Part shown: in pieces, positions 51,748 through 64,000 of the stretch
How positions within the stretch are numbered: the first letter of the stretch is position 1
Layout of the letters: each line of letters opens with the position of its first letter
Source of the DNA: Cycas panzhihuaensis
Taxonomy: Eukaryota; Plantae; Cycadophyta
Assembly (NCBI GenBank): GCA_023213395.1
Contig: CM041465.1
Coordinates: 149,861,741-149,925,740 of the forward strand
Direction of reading: 5' to 3'
DNA: 64,000 nucleotides
The notes under the pieces: model-generated
Seen by the model: the letters and a program-made list of their open reading frames with translations, nothing else
What the model was told of the DNA's origin: nothing
Databases searched by the model: none
Position numbers and translations under genes: made by a program

Positions 51748-54080
51748 TATGGTAGTAGACAACCATGAAAACATCAGGGCATTAATGTGATCAATCATGG
51801 AGCTGATAAACAAAGAGGACTAAGAGGTACTAAGGTGATGTGGTCTCTTAAGGATCATCTTGATGTGCTAGTATGCATCTAATCAGGTGCTATTAGTGGA
51901 TATCATGACATATTAGGATAAGAGATGATATGTTTTTCATCTCCTAAGAGGTAGAGATATGATGATCACTCCATCAGATATACAAAGGATCTTAGGGGTC
52001 TTAATGAGTAGGGTGTTATTCATACTGGGGGTATTACACAGTACTAAAGCTTCACACTAGGAGGCAACTCACTTTTTCTATGGCAATGACCATTAGGATA
52101 GGAGGGGAGTGTCCATCAGGATGATTATGAGATTAAACATTCCTTGAGCAAGGAAGATTATTATATTTGTTATTCTGTTCTAGATTTCCCAGAAATAGAA
52201 TTACATAGATGTCCCTAGAGGGTAGATAGAGGTCCTCAAGTAATGTGAGGAGGGGTAAAGGTTTGACTGAGTTGCCTTGATAGTGGCCAACATTACTATG
52301 TAACTAGATCATATACGAACCACAGGGTATGGTAATTTTTCATGTTGTTCCCTATTCCAATGTTGCTTTTCTGAATATTTCAGAGCAGTAGGCCTAGTAG
52401 CAAGCCCCCAATCAGTATCGTCTAATAGGCGCCTCATCCATCAATGGTGTTAAGAAAGCTAGGTCCCAATAACTAGAAACTACCAGCAAGATCTAAACTA
52501 TTTTGTAACTAGTTACAAGAATCAAAACTAAAATTTAACATGCAAGTTCGTAAACCAGAGATAATATAATAAATGAATTAGAAAGCCAAAGAATCACATA
52601 TACACCTAATATAACATAGTAAAACCCTAGAAATGTGCAAGGGAAACATCCACACAGGAAAGGTATTGATCTTTATTATCCAAGAATGGAGAAATATATA
52701 TAATCTATAATAAAATGCTCACAACAACAACAACCAACTACCTCTACTCAATACAATACATCCAATACATTAAACACTATTAACACTATGAAAAAACACC
52801 CTAAATTGGGCTATATCAGGCAGTCATATAAGGCACAAATCTCAACCATCAAATCTAGAGTATTTTGAATGAATGACCTTGATTCTCTTTACAACTTAAT
52901 ATGTTTTTTAGTGCTAGATTTTTGGGTCGAGGGCTAATGCCCCTGAACCCACTCTTTGTGGGGGGAAGGGAGGGGGTTCCATCACCCCCCACATCCCTCG
53001 GCCAAGGGGGGCTCCTGGCCCCCTTAGATCCCCCCAAGGAAGTCTATGGGGTGAAACTACACTGCCAACCTATCAAAATTTTAGTCTCCAAAATACTGTT
53101 GTCATATTATTTAATAGATGGCCATCCCATTTCAAGATCCTTAGAGAGCCAAAGTAGGTTAGGAGACTAGTGGTTGCCACATCCTTGGACCTATTGACTC
53201 TTGATGATTACATGTGACAACCCTATTGTACTACTTACTGGGACAATGATGAGAAGGGCAAAGGAGCCATAATAGACCTAGTAGTGGAACCAGGTGATAA
53301 GGCTAGTGAGGGGGGGGGTGGCAGCCACTCATGAGGGAGATGAGACTATGGCTACTATTGGAGAGAAGTTTGTAGTTATTGCAGGAGTGGAGGTCTTGAT
53401 GAGGAGGGAGTATCAGGGGCACCAGTTGCTCCAAGAGGTGATTCCCTTTCCCTCTTTTGCTATGATCTTCATTTATATTTATCTGATGAGTAATCTATGA
53501 TATTATTTTATATATTATCATCTATACTAACAATCAATTTTACATGGCTGATAGGTGAGGACATCATAGGGGAGATGATCAGGAGGGCAGTGGTTGCTCT
53601 ATTTCCATGAGTATATGTAGAGGGTTAGCCTCCTATACTTGATAGTAGGGAGCCATAGATAGTGTGACCTCATACTGCTACATTTGCCTCTATTGTCAGG
53701 ATCTAAGACATATGGGTTGTAGAGGCCTAAGAGAGACAGACAAAGTTAAACCAGCTACAAGTTTAAGTGAGAGATGGAGGCCCAAGTAGGAGAGGGAGTG
53801 GTTCCAATAGTAATTGTACCCATACATGGGGTTCCAGGAGTTGAGGTAAGGATCGTGATCCTAAAGTCATAATTCCAAGATGCCCAAGGGCAACTAGGTG
53901 AGGTGTGAGGAGAGCAAGATCAACTCAAGGTATGATACGACATGCTAGTGGACCATATGGCAGCTTGGTCTTTTGAGACACACATGATGACCCCATCACA
54001 TAGGTGACTGAGAGATAAGATCTATATATAGGATGAGGGGAGAGAGGTTGGGACCTTACGACGTACTAAGAGGAGCCTAA
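51748..54080 (+). pseudogene. Degenerate PMD gene, antisense within element H, interrupted by a solo LTR
   Basis: EVLR*CGLLRII..NQVLLVDIMTY*DKR*YVFHLLRGRDMMITPSDIQRILG. Collinear with 4221-5780. Intron 53438-53554. Confidence 0.72.
52448..53116. mobile_element. Solo LTR (669 bp) inserted in the PMD gene
   Basis: Termini TGTTAA...TTAATA, TSD AATGG/GATGG; PMD homology resumes directly after it. Confidence 0.75.
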
Positions 54081-54367
54081 GAGGGGCTGAACCCCAGATT
54101 AGTAAGCAAGACAACTAGATGGTGACACTTCATGACCACTTCTAGACATTTGTATGGTTTTTTATATGATTATTTATTTTAATGAGAGGAAAGCTTGGAC
54201 CTCTAGGGGGTTCCTCACTATGTATGAGGATAATTATACACCCCCCTACAAGGATTTTGACTTCTAAGAGTATATTGCACTGATACATTTTTATACCATC
54301 ATTTGATTATTTTGTGTGTGTGTGTGCGTGTTTATATATATATACACACACACATAAATATATATAT

Positions 54368-54982
54368 CCATTTCTCCCTAGATATATCCATTTTGCCGGT
54401 CAAAGATATCATTTGAATATTACACGAAATAGAGGTTATGTTGAACACTTGAAATGGAATTATTCCCATTGTTCTTTATAATAACTTGGGAAAGGGGAAA
54501 AATAAGAAAAGTAAATGGAACTATTTAATGAATCTGAAACTTATTCTTGGGTAGATCAACTGCAAAATGTTTTTGTAGAACTTCCGATACTTATTCGACA
54601 TATTTCTTTCTGAAATGTCCAATTCTCATTAAATCTTCTTGACTATAATTCATCAGGTCTGATAATAGCCCTATCTATAAGGGGAGAGCATATGATAAAT
54701 GGGACTGACTTTTCCTTTTCCTTGGGTTCTTGGCCTCCTGTTGGAGGTTTCAGGTTGAATACCAATATTTTAGGATGATCTATTTTAGAAAGGGAGTGTG
54801 TGCGAGTTATTTATTTGAATAATATGGTTGAATCCAACCAACTGCACAATAGTAAAGTGCATGATCTCAACGAATTACTTCTAAATGGAGAGTATGGAAG
54901 AACTATAGCATTTCGTAATTGATCAGGAAATGAACTTTTAGTTTCTACTAATCGATAACAGAAGACAATGAAATGGTTGAAA
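54368..54982 (+). other. NUPT: plastid DNA fragment (upstream spacer, atpF exon 1, start of the atpF group II intron)
   Basis: Plastid-type SD context CTATAAGGGGAGAGCATATG, atpF exon 1, and junction GGAGTGT|GTGCGAG. The outer ends are inferred from the flanking microsatellite. Confidence 0.85.
54692..54799 (+). pseudogene. atpF: Plastid ATP synthase CF0 subunit I (b) exon 1, with an internal deletion
   Basis: MINGTDFSFSLGSWPPVGGFRLNTNILG/[deletion]/IYFRKGV, followed by the group II intron 5' end GTGCG at 54800. Confidence 0.9.
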
Positions 54983-56640
<1,658 letters not shown>

Positions 56641-56850
56641 GAGGACATATTATTCTCTGTCATACTCGTTGGGGAGCATGACACATTAAAAAATGGACAA
56701 AGCTACCCTTTACAAGGGGTGGAGATATCACAAAGTTTGAATATACACCATGCCTCCATGAGGGAATCTAGTGTTGTAAACGAATAGTAGTTTATGCTCA
56801 TATCAGAGTAGAAAAAGGTTGGTCCCTTTTTTATCTTAGAGGATAAGGGA

Positions 56851-58480
56851 TTAACTATAAAACTTCTTTAAGAATTTCCCATTTATGGATTTGTCAAACT
56901 TGAGACCCTCCAACATTGTGATTTTGTATACATCATTATCGAGGTTCTTGAGGACCACAAAATGGCCCACCCATTTGGGACCAAATTTAGACAATCGATC
57001 ATAAATGTATTCTAACTTGAGGACTTGGTCCCTACTACTTAAGGGGTGAGGGCATACATGCTTATCGTGTATCCTTTGTGCCCTAGATTTGGATGCTAGA
57101 TTAGCTTGGTATGCCATCAAATGTTTTTCGTCTAAAGCTGCAAGGTCGAGGAGGTAGGTTTGGCATCACCACTTCTTATTGATAAACTCTTTGAGGGATA
57201 CCCTCAAAGACTAGATTTCAACTTCCAAGGGCAATTTTGCTTCTAACATATAGACTAAGGAGAACGATGTCATTCTCATAGTAGTGCAGATTAAAGTTTG
57301 ATAGGCCTATAAGGTTGAATAGAGCTAGAGATGCCAATCCTTTTGGGATTCATCAATGGTTTTCTTGAGAATGTTAATTAAAATCTTCTTGAAGGCCTCA
57401 ATTTAGCTATTAGCTTGAGGATAATAAGGGGACGAGGTCTTATGAGAGATTTTGAATCTCTCACAAAGCTAATCCATCTCCTTATTATAAAATGTGGTTT
57501 CATTATCCATGATGAGGACGTTAGGGACCCTGAATCAACAAATGATATGGTGATATATAAAGGTGGCAATTCTTTTACCTGTAGTAGAAGATAGGGGAAT
57601 GGATTTGACCCACTTGGTAAAATACTCTGTAATGGTTAGAATGAACTTATGTTGGGCTGAAGAGGATGGAGTAATGGTTCTAATTAGATCTAATCCCTAT
57701 TAGAAAAATGGCCATGGAGAGACTATTATATGTAGCACCTTGGAAGATTGGTGAATGACATTACCATACTCTTGGCATCAACGATAATATTGAGCATAAG
57801 CATGACTATCTTTAAATAAGGTTGGCTAGTAATATCCCATATTCTGGATTCTTGGGCCATGGATTGACCCCCAAAATGACCCTATAAATGTCGCTATGGC
57901 ATTTATGTAGGATTTGTGTAGTCTCATATGGGTTGACACAATAAAGAAGGATGTTGTCAAATGATCATTTGTACAACACATCCTTCATGAAAAAATACTG
58001 CCAAGCAGAGGCTTTTACTTGTGACTTTACTTTGTCGCTAGTGTCAGCAGGGTATTGTTGCTAGGTTAGGTATTTATCTCTATCCCTAAATCATTTGCTA
58101 TTGGCTAATGGATAGCCATTAATATGTTGAAGGGCTAAGATGGGTTCATCAAGTAATGAATCATCAATCAAAACCCTAAGGGAATTTAACATGGGAGCAT
58201 ATACCAACAGTTCTATAATGATCATTCCCTTTTTGGATTTCTAATTAATAATCTTGAGATCATATTCTTGAAGGAGGATGATCCATTTTCTTGCTCTTCC
58301 TATAAAATCATATTAAGTTAGGAGATATCTTAAAGGGTTGGATTGGATGATCACATAACTAATGTTACCTAGGAGGTCATATTTGAATATTTTGGTAGCA
58401 TATACTAGTGCTAAGCATTCCTTTTTAACTGGTAGGTAGTTTAATTTAGTTGCCATTAATGTATGACTAATGAAGTGGAT
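56851..58480 (-). pseudogene. RNase H and integrase of Tat element H
   Basis: LNYLPVKKECLALVYAT..WIILLQEYDL; ITEYFTKWVKSIP; SKFGPKWVGHF..INGKFLKKFYS*. Confidence 0.9.
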
Positions 58481-58482
58481 GA

Positions 58483-61400
58483 TCTTTCCTAGCTACCAGA
58501 AATGGATATGGATGAAACCTCCTAGGTAAGCATAGGTACATCTTTAACCTCACCCTTCATTTACTTTATAATGTAATTAGATATCCATTAGATGCATCCT
58601 GCATGGTATTGATTGTCTGCATGGTTAGTATGCTTGACTTGTCTATCTTTTTATGCTTGTAATTATTATTTCAACCTATGATGACTCGGGACAAATATCC
58701 CATGGCACAATATAGCCCTCCATCACACCTCCACAACACTCTTAAGTACTCATGGGCTCCTGCAACCCACTTTTGACCATCTTTTGGCATTGCATGATCC
58801 CTAACACCCCATTTTAGGCATGATCACCCTCTCGCTTGCCTCTTGTCCTGCTTTGGGGCCTAATCACCTCCTTTTCTTTGCTTGTTGAGGTCCCACCAAC
58901 ATTTAAAAGTCTCCTAGATGCCTTTCTAGCCTAGTATTCTGCTTTGTCTGTATCTAGGACCTTTCATTTAGGCGCCTCCTAGGCCCTCCTTTATTTTTCT
59001 TCCATGTTTTGAGTGCACCACAACACTATTTATGGTATTATAGCAAACTTCACGGTACTGTGAAGTTTAACATGGTGCGATTATCCATTTAAATTCTTAG
59101 CCTGGCAACAACTAGTTTCACATTTATTACAAAACTAACACATGGCAGTGGACTATTTCCTCCTTAGGTTAATCCCTAATCACTTGATAGACTAGAATTG
59201 GGTATAAAAACCTAATTTCAAACTCATTTTACTCCCTTGGCTTATTTTGTAAAAAAATGAAACATCTCCAGTTGTTATTTCCTATTTTCTTCTCCTATCT
59301 CCTTCTTCCCTTAGGGAAAACCCTAAGTTATAGGTCTGTAATAGTCTGTTTCCAGTAGGTTTCTCCTCTTAAGTGCTCTCTCTAGCCATCACATTAGGTT
59401 TTTTGTAGGTTTCACATCTTCTTTGTGCTATTAAGGGGAGCTTTCCTCCACCCATCAGGAGGGATCCTTCTCCTCCAACCAATCCATGAGGTAATATCTA
59501 TTTTAAATTTATTTTAGTAGGGATTTTAGACCTGCACCTTGTTGTTTCTTCCTTTGGCAAGGGTTTTTCATGAATATTGGCCTTGGTTTACTTGAAAGAA
59601 TCCTCCATATATGCGTTTCTTGGATCATTTTTTAAGGAAGGCAAATCCTTCCTCCCCCTCATTCATCTTTCTCACCTCTTAAGGTTCCTCTCGGGCCATC
59701 AATGAGTGGGTTGTAGGAAACTTGTAGAAAGGAAAATAGGAGCCTAAGGCTACGGTTCCAACCCTCTTAACTGCATCCTCCAGGTTAGCTCCCTACCTTT
59801 CTCATTTATCCCATCTCATATCCACCTTGCATGCTTAGAAACCCTTAAGGTGAAGAATCTTGCTAGTTGTAGCATTTGTATCCACTTGTGATGCCTATAA
59901 TCAACCCTCATACATTATCAAAATTTTATTTTCTTAACAGATCTTGTAGTTTGTGGGTTTCTTATCTTGCAAATCTTGCGAAAGTTGCACATTGTAACTT
60001 TTGTAACATTTGCAGCTTTTGTAACTTTTGCCTTTTACAAGCTTTGTTACCTTCTTTATTTGCTTAGAAGCCATAATATTTTGCTTGATCCAGTTGCCTG
60101 CAACACTTGAGCATGTGGAGGTGCTCTATTTAAAAGGGCTAGCTATTCTGAGGCTTTCTTTCTCTTTCCCTTTACCCCGCTCTTTTCCCTTCCAAAAGTT
60201 GCTTGAATATTTTACATGCATATTAAAGAGGGATTGAATAACATATTGTTTCCATTTAAAATCATATAAGCAAGATCATATTTTTTCTTTTGGTAAACAT
60301 AGGCATATGTACAAATATATACTTGCTTTCATATGCACATCTAACACCTTGTAGGAGGAAAACTAATCTGTCAAACAAGTTTTACTTTTTGAAGCAAGCA
60401 AGGATCATAGTGAAAGGTATATGCACTTTGTTTACTTCAATTTTACTTTTGAGCTTTTTTTCCTTACAACATTTTTCCGTTTCTTTTTTATATAAGCATC
60501 TTGGGGAAGGTAAGGAATCCTCACCAATGTTCCACCTACAATGAAAACCATGACAAGGAGTGCGAGGTGACCAGTAAAATATTGCAAAGAAAGAAGAAAG
60601 GCATGCTTCACCAACCGTCTCGATTCCAGGTGCACCTCCTCTAGCTCCTCCCTCTTTCTTATCCCTTTTCCCCTTCTCCTAAAAGAAAAGAAAAAGAAAA
60701 GGTTGCATGCACTCTTTTTGCCTATAGGCCATCCACTTTATGTTCTTTAGGAAAGGAAGTCATCTATGCATTGGTAGGTATTGACTTCACTTCCTTTCCC
60801 TCCCTCATTACAAGAGCATTCAAGCAAGGGTAGTTTGAGTTGGTATACTATCCGTATTTCATCCTTAGTGAAGAATAATGAAATAGTTTTTGCCCTTTAT
60901 TGCATTCCCCTTTCTTTTGCATGCTCTTGTACTTAGCAGGGTAGGGACATAAAGGGATTTAAGCCTCTTAACAATTACTTTTCCTTCCCATGCATCATTA
61001 GAATAACTTGCATTAGTCATTACACTCTTTTCTTGCATTTCCTCTTCCCTTTAGTTCCCTTGTCTTTTCATTCATAAAAGAAAAAGAGATAGAGGATACG
61101 AGAGACAAAGAAGAGATTTTTTTCTTTAAATTGCAACAATTTAGTGGTAGTAATATTTTACATCAGTACATTACATTCTTAAAGAAAAATAAAAGCGCAT
61201 TTAAAAAACTTTTGACATACTTAGCCACCCACCTAGTGCATATAAACCCTAGGGGCGCTCCCTCTAGGTGTTGTTTAATAAGCTACCCACTTGCCTTACC
61301 CCATCTAGGAGTTGGTTTTCTTATATGAAACCTCTCTTTCACACTCTTTCTACTTGCTACCCCTTTCTTATTCCATAGGCATCCTTTCTCTACTAGGGTT

Positions 61401-64000
61401 TGCCTCTTCTTTTCCCCTCCTTCCCAGGAAAAGCTCTTTTTCTTACCTCTCCTTCCTCAACCCGTTAGGATAGGAGAGTCCCCTTTAAGGCTACTCAACA
61501 AACTAAGGATGCCCTTACTCATCTCAAATCCAAGAAGGTGTCCATCTAAAAGGAAGGTCTTGTGGGTCATTTGTAGGCCCTCAAACCTACGTTCGATGCA
61601 CAGATGCCCTTTGTGGGTGATTTATTCCCCCACTTCCAAGGATCCTTAAGCCCTTTGTTTATCGATTATGTAAGCTTGATCTCCTTATGTTTAGTGACCC
61701 CCAGAGGTGCACATCTACTAGTGACTATACTAGGGACCTGTCAGTAAAAGAACCATCCTAGCTTTCTTTCTATTGGCATTGCCTCTCCTTTTGGCATCCC
61801 ATCTTGATTCGTTAGGAAACCCTTGACATCCTTCATTTTGTTATCCTTCTTTCTTCCAAATCATAGGAGGAACTTGAATGCGATGATTCTCTCATCATTT
61901 GTGAGGCCTTCCTCCTTCTTTGGAAGACTCACCCTATTCTCCCCTTCCTTTGTCTTATTTTGAATTAGCTATGGAGGGATTCTCTTCGAATTGGGCATAA
62001 AATGCTTATGATTCTGAAACCCAACAACCTTCAACCTCCTTCCATGGTTCCACCCAAGAGGGTGAAGATCCCATCTTCTATCCAGGTGATCAAGAGCACC
62101 CAAATATCCATCATCTTCCCACACATGATATGAGAGCTTTGTCCCCTATGGAATATCACAACCTTAGTGACAATGCCCATGACGACTACCTTGTGAGGTT
62201 TACTTTATATGAGGAGCCTTCAACCTTATATGAGCAAGTAGGAACCCCTTCTACAGATGTGGTGGAAGTGCTTCATCAATGTTTGCAAGCTGCTAGTCTC
62301 TAACCACCTCCCAAGTTGTTGGAGAGCATCTTACGAAGTGTGGTGCCCTCTTCTTCCTCATCTACACCTCCATATTCTTCTCACTCAGCATTGCTAACCC
62401 CCCCGGGGCCATCCTTCATTGCTTTTTCCTCTTCTTGTGGCCCTCATCTTTTAGGGGCCACTCGAGGTATACCAACTTCCTAAATTAGGTTGAGTATACC
62501 TCCTCCTAGCTAGGTAACCACACCTCAACCAACTATAGTCCATCCACCTCCTATTAGACATAGGGGGCTTACGTATCCCCCATTCTCTAGCCATGTGGGC
62601 CAAATCCCCATGCGTTTCCAAACCCATCCTAAGGATCCATCTCTTTATCTGCCCTTGGGATACACCTCCCAACCATAGAGGCATGGTAAAGGGAGTTCTT
62701 TTCTTGTCTATGGGGTGGACCCTCTTCACCCATATAGTGTTGTACCACCTATAGGTGGTCCATATGGGTAAAATCTTGTCCCACACCCACCTGCTTCCTC
62801 TTGTTGCATCTCTTCATATGTAGTGCCTTTGCAAGAAGGATAAATCCCTCCTCAAGGCTCCTACTCCCAAGTCTTCTTTCAATAAGGGTCATACTTCTAA
62901 AGGGGGATGGGTCTTTCCTACCCATCTGCCTCTCTTCCAGTTCCTTCACATTCGAGATTAGTCCCTTCCCACCAGGTGGGAGGAAGTTCATATCTCTTTT
63001 TTTATCAAACTTCCCAAGGAGGATTTGGGCACCCTTGCCCACCTCCTCCTTCATCCTTTGTTGATCTAACAGTTTAACCAAGGGCCCATTCCTTCATTGA
63101 CTATAGGTCAACCCCCTTATCCATTGAGGCATTGAGGACCAACTTACTGTCTTATCCTCCTGAGGTACCTAAGTTTGATGGGACCTCTTCTCAAGACCTA
63201 ACAGAATATGTTAGGAGCTTTTCCATGGCGTGTATTGATTATTAGGTCTATGATCATATCTTGATGGAGCTTTTCCTATGTTCTTTACAAGGTAATGCCC
63301 TTAAGTAGTTCTATCGCCTCCCTACGCACTCAATTCACTTATTCCAACAACTCGTAGATGAGTTCGTTAACTACTTTAATGTTGCTCTCCCCTTCATGAG
63401 TGGAATGAAGGCCCTTTTATCCCTTAAACAAGGTCATGAGGAGATGAATCATAACTTTGTTAGGTGTTTTCATGATCTCCTTCATTCCATAAAAGTCACC
63501 TTGCTTGAGGAGCTAAAAAGAGATCTTTTTGTAAACGATCTTCGTCTCGAGGTATATGTTGAGCTTCTCAAAATGGGGGTAACAACATATGACTCCACTA
63601 TATCCAAGTATTTGGCTCTTGAGGCTATTGAGATCTAAGCGGGTCTTAAGAAGCCTCTCAAATCGTCACAACAACGTGAGGCACCCTCTCCATCTCATGA
63701 CATCAAAACTCAACAACCCCTAAAGTCTTTAACCCATTCGATGGAAAAGACTTTAGACCCATTAACATCCACCATATGTTCCTTTAATTGTACAATGAAG
63801 GAGCTTAAGCTCCAAGCTCCTCCTACATCACCAACCTTTTATAAACCTATTCATTAAGCTTCTGAAGCAGCACCTCCCAAGAATGGAAATACCTATGCTT
63901 CTCAAACAAGGAAGTCAAACTCTTCCTTAGAGAAGAAATGATGCTCTATTCATGGCGAATGCCTCCATGAGGATTCATAATGTAGGGCACAACATTTCAA
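58483..64000 (+). mobile_element. Element J: Tat-clade Gypsy, 5' LTR, PBS, Pro-rich region and gag (runs off the window)
   Basis: LTR 58483-61713 (about 3.2 kb) starts T(C)TTTCCTAGCT. Decayed tRNA-Arg-type PBS TAGTGACTATACTAGGGAC 61719-61737. gag PEVPKFDG..LMELFLCSLQGNALK*FYRLP from about 63150. Confidence 0.85.
59012..59081. promoter_or_regulatory. 20-bp-phased RYRGTACYRY palindrome array in the J LTR
   Basis: 10-mers at 59012, 59032, 59052, 59072; near-perfect palindrome AAACTTCACGGTACTGTGAAGTTT. Confidence 0.6.

Noticed and set aside
59990-60052. 9-bp-period TTGTAACTT repeats in the J LTR
   Set aside because: Ordinary short minisatellite seen in only one LTR
62451-63081. Minus-strand ORFs of 110-111 aa
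   Set aside because: Antisense shadows of the C-rich, Pro-rich pre-gag region of element J

Overview
Plant nuclear heterochromatin, probably from a non-flowering vascular plant (inferred from the atpF fragment and the Tat element types). It is almost entirely old, nested LTR retrotransposons decayed by C>T/G>A mutation, and no intact host gene can be supported. From left to right: a CpG-rich low-copy stretch (1-660); a pol-less Tat-like Gypsy element carrying an antisense plant-mobile-domain (PMD) gene (1230-9726, -); a truncated Tat gag-pol (13.7-18.2 kb); a 1.9-kb mini-Copia (18657-20589); a Copia (22130-39955, -) with two Reina-like chromoviruses inserted 66 bp apart in its RT; and a Copia fragment interrupted by a large Tat element (41067-58482, -). 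That Tat element contains a full-length Copia, a solo LTR, an extra RNase H, a second PMD gene, a plastid atpF insertion and a 1.65-kb microsatellite. A further Tat element (58483 to the window end, +) closes the window. Two signals go beyond routine TE annotation. (1) A 320-370 nt covarying multi-domain RNA structure is shared by the 5' leaders of two Gypsy elements and an unrelated Copia element. (2) Arrays of a palindromic RYRGTACYRY motif with exact 20-bp phasing occur both in Tat LTRs and upstream of the element-borne, intron-containing antisense PMD gene. All alignments and folds were done by eye.
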